A DNA stretch of 64,000 nucleotides from Abditibacteriota bacterium (lineage in GTDB: Bacteria > Armatimonadota > UBA5829): contig OW818698.1 in assembly GCA_942493375.1 (NCBI GenBank), forward strand, positions 6,082,139 to 6,146,138. Direction: 5' to 3'. A program made the position numbers and the translations under genes. Below the pieces are notes generated by a model. That model ran no database searches. It was given only the letters and a program-made list of their open reading frames with translations, and had not been told where the DNA came from. Numbering within the stretch: position 1 is the stretch's first letter; the number at the start of each line of letters is the position of its first letter. Positions 29,316 to 36,767 of the stretch are shown here, piece by piece.

Positions 29316-30491
29316 TTAACTGAACAACACTTTTAGCTCTTCATTGCTAATAGGTTGCTTATTGGCCATCAAATTGCGAGCTTTGTCTAAGTCTTTGCGC
29401 ATATTCCAGAACAATACCCCACGGACTCTGCCATTTTCCCGGTAGTAGAGTATTCCTTCCTTACAGTGATCGGTCCAGACTGCGTGGATATCCATTCGAG
29501 AGTCTATCTGACCTATCGACCTGTAGCCCATATCAAACATATCGGCATATGCGAATGCAAGGTACTCATATGGCTCCGGTAGTCCAGCCATTCCTCTGCC
29601 GGCACATTTACCCATATTTAGCGCATTATCCACATGCTCACATCTCATACGCTTTTCCATGCTGAGACTATAGAAGTTTGCCGCGTCTCCAGCTGCGTAT
29701 ATGTCCGGGTCGGATGTTTGCAGGTATTCGTTTACGATTATGCCGTTATCACAATCAATGTTTCCGGTGGTTGGAAGATCGCAGTTCGGCTGCATACCTA
29801 TACTGGCAACTACACCGTCTGCTATGAGCTCCCGGCCATTCCTTGTCAGCACTTTATATCTGTTAGAGTCTTTTTCCACAGATACAGGGACATCCCCTGA
29901 TAGTATTGTGACTTTGTGGTCCCGGTAGTATTCGCTCAGGAAAACCGAAAGATCTATAGGGAAGACACGGGCGCCCAGGTTGTCTTCAGGAAAGATCATT
30001 GTCACGTTCTTGCCGTTATCCGCCAGCACAGAAGCCAGTTCACTGCCAGTGAACCCGCCGCCGATTATGACGAACTCATCTCCCATATCACATAAAGCTC
30101 TCAGCCTCGTATAATCTGAATGATTCCGGAAGTATATGACATTGTCCTCACCAAATGGCAGCTTGCGGGGTTCTATCCCTGTTGCAATCAGTAGTTTATC
30201 ATACCCATAATCTACTCCGTTTTCATCGGTTACTATTTTATCGGCTGGTTTCAAGCTAATGGCTTTGCTATTGAGTATAACCTGGGCTCCGGTCTTCTCC
30301 GTATTCAGCCATATCAGGCTCTCAGGCGCTCCTGACCATAGTTGTTTGGAGAGTGCCGGTCTGCGGTAGGGTCCGACCGGTTCTTCACACAGTATGCCGA
30401 TTGTTCCTGTCTTGTCCTGAGTGCGTATAGCTTTAGCCGCCGAATCCGCACTTATACCTCCACCAATCATCAGATAGTTGAAATGTTGCAT
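29316..30491 (-). CDS. FAD-dependent pyridine nucleotide-disulfide oxidoreductase (NAD(P)H-dependent; rubredoxin-reductase / NADH-oxidase-like)
   Basis: N-terminal dinucleotide fold YLMIGGGISADSAAKAIR. A second Rossmann motif VIIGGGFTGSELAS. A C-terminal GDAANF-type motif. 391 aa. Confidence 0.7.
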   Translation of the reverse strand: MQHFNYLMIGGGISADSAAKAIRTQDKTGTIGILCEEPVGPYRRPALSKQLWSGAPESLIWLNTEKTGAQVILNSKAISLKPADKIVTDENGVDYGYDKLLIATGIEPRKLPFGEDNVIYFRNHSDYTRLRALCDMGDEFVIIGGGFTGSELASVLADNGKNVTMIFPEDNLGARVFPIDLSVFLSEYYRDHKVTILSGDVPVSVEKDSNRYKVLTRNGRELIADGVVASIGMQPNCDLPTTGNIDCDNGIIVNEYLQTSDPDIYAAGDAANFYSLSMEKRMRCEHVDNALNMGKCAGRGMAGLPEPYEYLAFAYADMFDMGYRSIGQIDSRMDIHAVWTDHCKEGILYYRENGRVRGVLFWNMRKDLDKARNLMANKQPISNEELKVLFS

Positions 30492-30836
30492 GTCGAGTTA
30501 TTTCTCCTACGGAATAATATATATTCGATAGCTTACCCATTTTCCTGCTATTCTATGCTTGACCGCTATCACGCTCCATTTTAGGATAACACGGGCTTGG
30601 ATAATCGTTTACCCATTCGCGGAATTGTGCAGGGATCATCGTAGAAACAGCCATATTGTTTACATGGGCTGATCTAGCGGTTAGTAAGGTTCAGATGCTT
30701 TCCTGGGGGGTTCAAGGCTGTTTTAAGGGGTTATGGTGGAATGGTTTTACTTCCGAATATTAAGCAATTGAAGTAGATACCCAATTCCCATTATAAGGGG
30801 GATTGGGCAGCTGATTCTTTCAATTACTCCGTCTCT

Positions 30837-31619
30837 TCATAATCCCGCCGGGATTTCGTAATTCATTAATTTCACATGCCCATCAGCAAACCCACAGTTA
30901 TATCCACCGTTGTGTCTTTCGACTGCTTCTTCGATCGGAGCGGATGAGTTCCAACCTGTATTGGTGTCGAACAACATCGGAGTGCTGAAAGGTTCTGTAA
31001 TATTTGTCATGCTTACACCTTCCAGCTTTCCATAGAGTGAATAACCTCCTGATGCTTTGAACGCTGGACAAGTAAAAACCTTTTTGTCTTTCTCATAGGA
31101 TGCGAAGACATCAGACCAACTTCCGGCCAGGGGGAACTTATCATCATAGTCCTGCGCATACATCATGGCAGCATTACTGAGCTTATGTAGATTTGTAGCA
31201 CAGGTGGACTGACGGGCTTTCTCCCGGGCTTTGGCAAATACCGGAAAGAGAATTGCTGCAAGTATAGGGCTTAAAACTAACCCGGCAGTTCCTATTGCAC
31301 CCAACACAATTCCAGCTACAGCCAGCCCATGACCTTTTTGTCTACCCCAGCTGGACTTTATCTGGTTCAAAGCAACTATGCCCAGAATCAAGCCGACGAT
31401 TCCCATAAGTCCCAAAAACGGTATAATCCCCACCAAACCCAACACAAGAGAAGCTATTGCCATACCATTTTTAGATTTCTCCACAGAATCCGGAATCGAA
31501 TATGCCGGCTGAGGTCTGTAAGTGTCCTGAAACGGTGGACTTGGCGGAGCACTACCTGTACAGCTCTCGCACACCGTGGTTCCTTCGGGTAATTCCTTAC
31601 CACATTTACCACAAAACAT
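30837..31619 (-). CDS. Zn-ribbon / DUF4190 membrane anchor / pseudopilin-like H-X9-DG (DUF1559) protein, paralog 1
   Basis: MFCGKCGKELPEGTTVCESC zinc ribbon. A Pro-rich linker. DUF4190-like two-helix segment MAIASLVLGLVGIIPFLGLMGIVGLILGIVALNQIKSSWGRQKGHGLAVAGIVLGAIG. Pilin-like helix ILFPVFAKAREKARQSTCATNLHKLS. The H-X9-DG motif sits in RHNGGYNCGFADGHV. Confidence 0.75.
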   Translation of the reverse strand: MFCGKCGKELPEGTTVCESCTGSAPPSPPFQDTYRPQPAYSIPDSVEKSKNGMAIASLVLGLVGIIPFLGLMGIVGLILGIVALNQIKSSWGRQKGHGLAVAGIVLGAIGTAGLVLSPILAAILFPVFAKAREKARQSTCATNLHKLSNAAMMYAQDYDDKFPLAGSWSDVFASYEKDKKVFTCPAFKASGGYSLYGKLEGVSMTNITEPFSTPMLFDTNTGWNSSAPIEEAVERHNGGYNCGFADGHVKLMNYEIPAGL

Positions 31620-31633
31620 TATAATGCCTCCAA

Positions 31634-31966
31634 TTAGTGTTCCAGATCATTGATTATAGGTATTAAATATGCTCCCATGAATATTTGGATGACCAGCACA
31701 ATAATTCCGAGACATCCAATTACAATTCCTGCTATGGCCATTCCTCCGCCTTTTTGCCTTCCCATACTGGCTGTGATTTGGTTCTGACCGATTATTCCGA
31801 AAATTACTGCTACGATCCCGAACCCGAGCATTAGACCCGCAATACTTACGACCAGAGATGCCATAGCCATCTTATTGGTCTTTTGTGCTGACAAGATACT
31901 GCTTTTACAACTTTCGCATACAATGATTCCATCAGGCAATTCCTTACCACACACTTCACATTGCAT
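31634..31966 (-). CDS. Zn-ribbon / DUF4190 membrane protein (short paralog with no H-X9-DG domain)
   Basis: MQCEVCGKELPDGIIVCESC followed by the two-helix NQITASMGRQKGGG segment. 110 aa. Confidence 0.65.
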   Translation of the reverse strand: MQCEVCGKELPDGIIVCESCKSSILSAQKTNKMAMASLVVSIAGLMLGFGIVAVIFGIIGQNQITASMGRQKGGGMAIAGIVIGCLGIIVLVIQIFMGAYLIPIINDLEH

Positions 31967-31994
31967 ACTAATGCTTCCATTTCGTGTATGAATA

Positions 31995-32825
31995 TCAGTT
32001 GTTCATGCGATTATCGTCTTTCTCGTACCGCTTATATCCGGTGGCTGTTGCTCCTTTGGGTAGAACCCACGTCACATGACCATCTACGAAGCTGATGTTA
32101 TATCCTCCCTGGTGTCTGGCATCGAAACTGCTTACAGGTAGAGCAGAGTTCCATCCACCTTTGGCATCAAAAAGCAGTGGTGTGTTCGAGGGAATTGTGA
32201 TTTTCTCCAGACTTACCTGGTCGAGTTTATCATTGAAGGAGAATCCGCAATCCAGTTTCCGTGCAGAAGGGCAGCGGAATACCCGACTTTCATTGGTTAG
32301 CGGAGCGATTGCATCTGACCATTTATCAGCAATGGGCATTTTGCCATTGTAATCCTGTGTATAAGCCGAGACCGCCAGCGAGAGCTGTTTCAAGTTTGAC
32401 ATGCAGCTAGAGTCACGGGCTTTCATTCGTGCATTGTCGAATACAGGGTATAATATTGCACCAAGTATTATTGGGATAAACGCCACAGTCCCGATACACC
32501 CGACTACAATTCCTGCTATAGCTAATCCTCCGCCTTTTTGTCGTCCCATACTGGCTTTGATCTGGTTTTGACCGATTATACCTAGAATGATTGCCACAAT
32601 CCCTAGTCCTATTGCGAATCCCACTATACTTACTACCAACGATGCTATTGCCATACCGTTGGTCTTTTGCGCAGAATTCGGAGTTACATAATCCGGCTGA
32701 ATATAAGGTGGAGGTTGTGGAGGAAGATTGAATGACTGGGAGGATACGGATGCATTGCTCGATGTACAGCTTTCGCATACGGTGTTACCATCTGGTATTT
32801 CTTTACCACACTTGCTGCAGAACAT
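31995..32825 (-). CDS. Zn-ribbon / DUF4190 / H-X9-DG (DUF1559) protein, paralog 2
   Basis: MFCSKCGKEIPDGNTVCESC. The DUF4190 segment. ILYPVFDNARMKARDSSCMSNLKQLSLAVSAYTQDY. The H-X9-DG motif sits in RHQGGYNISFVDGHV. Confidence 0.75.
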   Translation of the reverse strand: MFCSKCGKEIPDGNTVCESCTSSNASVSSQSFNLPPQPPPYIQPDYVTPNSAQKTNGMAIASLVVSIVGFAIGLGIVAIILGIIGQNQIKASMGRQKGGGLAIAGIVVGCIGTVAFIPIILGAILYPVFDNARMKARDSSCMSNLKQLSLAVSAYTQDYNGKMPIADKWSDAIAPLTNESRVFRCPSARKLDCGFSFNDKLDQVSLEKITIPSNTPLLFDAKGGWNSALPVSSFDARHQGGYNISFVDGHVTWVLPKGATATGYKRYEKDDNRMNN

Positions 32826-32867
32826 AATAATACCTCCGTGATATATGAATATTGACTGCGAACTTTC

Positions 32868-33029
32868 GTAGGGGAGACCCTCTGCGGTCTCCCGAAGCAG
32901 AACCTAGCAGGAGACCGCAGAGGGTCTCCCCTACGGATAAAGAATAATGCTGCAAAGCTTTGTAGGGGCGATCCCTCTGCGGTCTCCCGAAGCAGAACGT
33001 AACGGGAGACCGCGGAGGGTCTCCCCTAC
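32868..33029. repeat. Two tandem copies of an about 67-nt nested perfect hairpin between paralogs 2 and 3
   Basis: GTAGGGGAGACCCTCTGCGGTCTCC-CGAAGCAGAACCTAGCA-GGAGACCGCAGAGGGTCTCCCCTAC (32868-32934), with a second near-identical copy at 32962-33029. Each arm contains an inner palindrome GGAGACC...GGTCTCC. Confidence 0.8.
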
Positions 33030-33043
33030 GGTAAGAGACTGGT

Positions 33044-33931
33044 TTATGGTCCATATGGGCTGGAGCCGGGAGATGATCCACCGCTTGGACCCATATACTT
33101 TACATGGCCATCAACGAATCCGCAGTTATACCCTCCGTTGTGTCTGAAAACAACTTTGTCTATGGGCAGGGCAGAATTCCAGCCTCCGTTTGAGTCGAAA
33201 AGCATTGGTGTATCCGAAGGTTTGGCAATCTTTTTCAGGCTCACACCATCCAGAGCTTCATAGAGTGAATATCCACAGGTTAATGAAGTTGCTTCAGGAC
33301 AGACAAAGACATTGTTATTCTTGATATACGGCTGCAGTCCATCTGTCCATTTTGTAGCCGGGGGCATATGCTGGTCATAATCCTGCATATACATCATCAC
33401 ACCCAATGAAAGCTGCTTAAGGTTTGATAGACATGATGTTCTACTTGCAGACATGCGTGCGCGATTGAATACCGGCATTCCAGCGCTAAACATACCGGCT
33501 ATCATGATAATTGGGAGTATTAACGAAACACAACCCACAGCAATACCAGCTATTGCCAGGCCTGAACCCTTCTGCCTTCCATTGCTGGCTTTTATCTGGT
33601 TGTTGGCTATAATACCCAGGATCAATCCAACAATACCAATTCCCATAAATAAACCCACTATACTGACTACCAACGATGCTATAGCCAACCCATTTGTAGT
33701 TTGCACCGAATCTGGGTCTATATACATCGGTCGTGAAATTGGAGGTTGTTGAAAAGGAAATTCTGGTTGTTGGGGGGGAGAGGGTGGATTGCTGCTGGAA
33801 CAATTCTCACAGACGGTGACGCCTTCAGGCATCTCTTTACCACACTTGTTACAGAACATTTTCATGCCTCCGGTACACGGCAAGTCGTAGTGCTGCCGAT
33901 CTGGCGCTGTATATCCATCATCTCCCTCCAT
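33044..33931 (-). CDS. Zn-ribbon / DUF4190 / H-X9-DG (DUF1559) protein, paralog 3
   Basis: MFCNKCGKEMPEGVTVCENC. The DUF4190 segment. MPVFNRARMSASRTSCLSNLKQLSLGVMMYMQDYD. The H-X9-DG motif sits in RHNGGYNCGFVDGHV. Confidence 0.75.
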   Translation of the reverse strand: MEGDDGYTAPDRQHYDLPCTGGMKMFCNKCGKEMPEGVTVCENCSSSNPPSPPQQPEFPFQQPPISRPMYIDPDSVQTTNGLAIASLVVSIVGLFMGIGIVGLILGIIANNQIKASNGRQKGSGLAIAGIAVGCVSLILPIIMIAGMFSAGMPVFNRARMSASRTSCLSNLKQLSLGVMMYMQDYDQHMPPATKWTDGLQPYIKNNNVFVCPEATSLTCGYSLYEALDGVSLKKIAKPSDTPMLFDSNGGWNSALPIDKVVFRHNGGYNCGFVDGHVKYMGPSGGSSPGSSPYGP

Positions 33932-33979
33932 ATTGTGAGGTTATGGAGGGAGATAATAGTTAATGCTGTTATCCTGGAA

Positions 33980-34630
33980 TTATGCCTGTGATTTCATAAT
34001 AACAGACCAGTTTGAAGCAGTGCGGATCGCAGTGCTGTAATCAATTCTAGTCGGTGTTGTATTCAACTTGTTCATGCGTGTGCCATTATAGTTACCATTC
34101 TGCTGTCTGGCTTGTTCACGTAATTTTAGAATCGCTGGGAACACGACTGCCAGCACCAATACAAATAGAACCATACCGACAATGCCGATTATTATCCCGG
34201 CCAATGCCAGTCCGGCTCCACCTTGTCTTCCACCACTGGCGTTTATCTGGTTTTTTGCCACTACACCCAGAATTAGTCCTATCAATCCTAATCCCAACAG
34301 GCTACATACTAGGGATCCAATTGCCATTCCACTGGTTGATTGTGGTGCCGACTGACTCTGGAATGGTTGACCTGGGTATGGTGAGTTTGGGCCAGGGCCA
34401 CCAGGATAGGGTGAATTAGGAGCAGGGGTTCCCGGGTATGGTGACTGCGGAGGTATTGGCCCTGAGTTGGGTGGGGGTGGAGCTGACTGACTAAATCGAG
34501 AGGGTGTCTGAGCAGGCTGGGATACTGTGGGGGGCGCTTTGAAATCGGTTGACGGTGTCTTTCCAGTCGCGCATTCCTCACACATAACAACTCCATAGGG
34601 GACATCTTTACCGCATTTTTTACAATACAT
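33980..34630 (-). CDS. Zn-ribbon / Pro-rich linker / DUF4190 membrane protein with only a short pilin-like tail
   Basis: MYCKKCGKDVPYGVVMCEEC. A long Pro-rich segment (SPYPGTPAPNSPYPGGPGPNSPYPGQ). The DUF4190 segment. FPAILKLREQARQQ and a short C-terminus. Confidence 0.65.
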   Translation of the reverse strand: MYCKKCGKDVPYGVVMCEECATGKTPSTDFKAPPTVSQPAQTPSRFSQSAPPPPNSGPIPPQSPYPGTPAPNSPYPGGPGPNSPYPGQPFQSQSAPQSTSGMAIGSLVCSLLGLGLIGLILGVVAKNQINASGGRQGGAGLALAGIIIGIVGMVLFVLVLAVVFPAILKLREQARQQNGNYNGTRMNKLNTTPTRIDYSTAIRTASNWSVIMKSQA

Positions 34631-34674
34631 CTGTGTTCCTCCACGTTATAAATAAGGTCTTGAATTCGTATATG

Positions 34675-35541
34675 TTATTGGTCTAGCTTAATTGTTGTTT
34701 CGCTGTCTATATGAAAACCAACCGGTAGAGTGCCCGAGTTGATCATATCAGCCATACGTTTAGCTTCATTGATATTGGCGAACCCCGATATCTGTGCTTT
34801 TCCATCCGGGATCTCCTCTCTAATTTGAGGAGCCATCAGGAGCTTTCCATCATAAATAACCGCCAAAATCCCACCGATATTGTTCTTTGTAAACTCCGCA
34901 AAACGTTTTCCGGATTCCGGTTTGAACTCCAAATCCAGCATTGCGAATTTATCCTGGCTCCGCACAGCTCTGGCATTTGCCAGAAAGTCTTCACTTCTAA
35001 AAGCAAGTTTTACTTTCGGAATGCCAACTACTCTAGCCAGAAATTGTTTTGTATTGCTGAGCGAGTCAAGTGCTTCACCGGTAGGAGATGTAAAAGTGAA
35101 CGCTTCGCCGGTATGCACAGGCCCCTGCATTCTCCAGGATCCATACGGATTGGCATCGGACTGGACATCAGCCAGCAGATACATCTCCAGCGCAGCTCCG
35201 GACGTTATTCTGGCTCTAGCTTCCGTATGATTCTTAATGCCTGGAAGAAAAACCTCTATCTTGTTATTTTCTTTTACATCAACTCTCGAGGATGATGTGA
35301 AATCCAAATCATTGAGTCTCTTGCGCATCGTAACACGACAGGCATCTAACAGAGCCTTTTGATCCGCTGAACTATTCGGCCAGTTGGGACTGGTCATATC
35401 CGGAGACAGGACCAGTTTTATACCATTCACAGGTATATCCTCATCACTCCCGGTATTTGGAGCATAGAGCAGATATATACCTGCAACTAATGCGATTGCT
35501 ATTAACGGTAACCATATAAATCTGCCAATGCTGTTTAACAA
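34675..35541 (-). CDS. Stand-alone SecD periplasmic P1 (base plus head) domain protein with a single N-terminal TM helix. It lacks SecD TM2-6.
   Basis: TM helix [48 protein letters not shown] parallels E. coli SecD [81 protein letters not shown] matches the SecD P1-head pattern (vLDg.visaP.I.e.I.gG.aqItG.f...eA..La..L.aGaLP). The ORF ends right after the head. Confidence 0.65.
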   Translation of the reverse strand: [288 protein letters not shown]

Positions 35542-35593
35542 TAATAGGTCGTCCTAAATGATGATGTACCAAAGTTGAGTTTAGCTCTGAAAA

Positions 35594-36511
35594 TTACCGA
35601 CTGTTTCCAGGACCAGTGCTTCTTCTACCTGTTCCCATGCCGGGCATGCCACCAGGGCCTGTGCTATGTTCATTGATAACCTTGAGCGCTATCGGCATTC
35701 CCTCTTTGGATGTTACGATATCTATGACTTCCTGCCGGTTTTTGACTCCGGGTATAATAAGTATCAGAGTGACTGCGCTAACACTGGGTATAACTCCCGC
35801 GGCTGCGTGAGAATCTGTTATGCGTTTTTCGATTATATCACTTGATTCGCTAAGTTTGCGCTTGAGTGCTTCCGGCCCAATTCTTTGTGCTTCCATGGGA
35901 TCTGCTGGTACCAGAGTTAGATTCAAGCTGCCCTGGGTCTGCATACTCTGGCTATATTTCATGCTTTTGGTGACTGTCTTACCGAAATCACCTCCACCGC
36001 GCTCACCTATTACATAGAACAGCGCCACTATACCAACAATGCACCACAATACACTGAGCATACCGCCGATGACCGCCAGGTTCATACCCTTCTGCCGGGC
36101 CCTGTTAGCATCGATCATAAAAATAGCTACCAGAGCGAGGAAGAAACCCACAATAGCAGTAACAGGTATGGCACCGCAGATTAAGGCTGCAACAGCAACC
36201 TTGTTGTTCTGCTTCATGCTATCGGGTATATCTTGAGGGATCTGTTTGTACTCTGCTGCTGCAGCTGCCGGAGACAGGTGCATATTAGTCCCGCAGAAAG
36301 TGCAGAAATCGGAACCCTCAATAACCTGCTTTCCACATACAGGACATGAAACTGCTGCATGCTGCCAGGTCAACTGGTTATCTAGCGTTTCCTGAGGTGG
36401 CGGTGTGTTATCTGCAGCAGGTTCAGCCGGAGCCTGGCGCACGTCATTTCCACAAAAAGTGCAGAAATCCGAATCCTCAACAATTTCTTTACCACACATT
36501 GGACAATTCAT
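35594..36511 (-). CDS. Double Zn-ribbon / DUF4190 membrane protein with a C-terminal SecD-N-terminal-like alpha/beta domain
   Basis: Two ribbons (MNCPMCGKEIVEDSDFCTFCGNDV and VSCPVCGKQVIEGSDFCTFCGTNM). The DUF4190 segment. The C-terminal LTLVPADPMEAQRIGPEALKRKL...TLILIIPGVKNRQEVIDIV resembles the P1-base region of the 34675 protein ([11 protein letters not shown]...[19 protein letters not shown]). Confidence 0.55.
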   Translation of the reverse strand: MNCPMCGKEIVEDSDFCTFCGNDVRQAPAEPAADNTPPPQETLDNQLTWQHAAVSCPVCGKQVIEGSDFCTFCGTNMHLSPAAAAAEYKQIPQDIPDSMKQNNKVAVAALICGAIPVTAIVGFFLALVAIFMIDANRARQKGMNLAVIGGMLSVLWCIVGIVALFYVIGERGGGDFGKTVTKSMKYSQSMQTQGSLNLTLVPADPMEAQRIGPEALKRKLSESSDIIEKRITDSHAAAGVIPSVSAVTLILIIPGVKNRQEVIDIVTSKEGMPIALKVINEHSTGPGGMPGMGTGRRSTGPGNSR

Positions 36512-36767
36512 TTTTTGTTAACCTCACAAGCAGGCGCTGAATAATACACAAATCAAACATGCTTTACAGGTCTGTAAGGTAAAGCAGATACCAATCTTGC
36601 ACCTATCAATATGTTATGCCTCAACACGAAATATCCTTCATTTGATAATATGAAGCATATTAACTCTGTAAACACAGAAGTGTACGATATAGTTCGCACG
36701 GAGGATTCCCGTAATGACTTGACGTATTCATCATAGACAAATTGGATTTACGCATGGAGAATAATGG

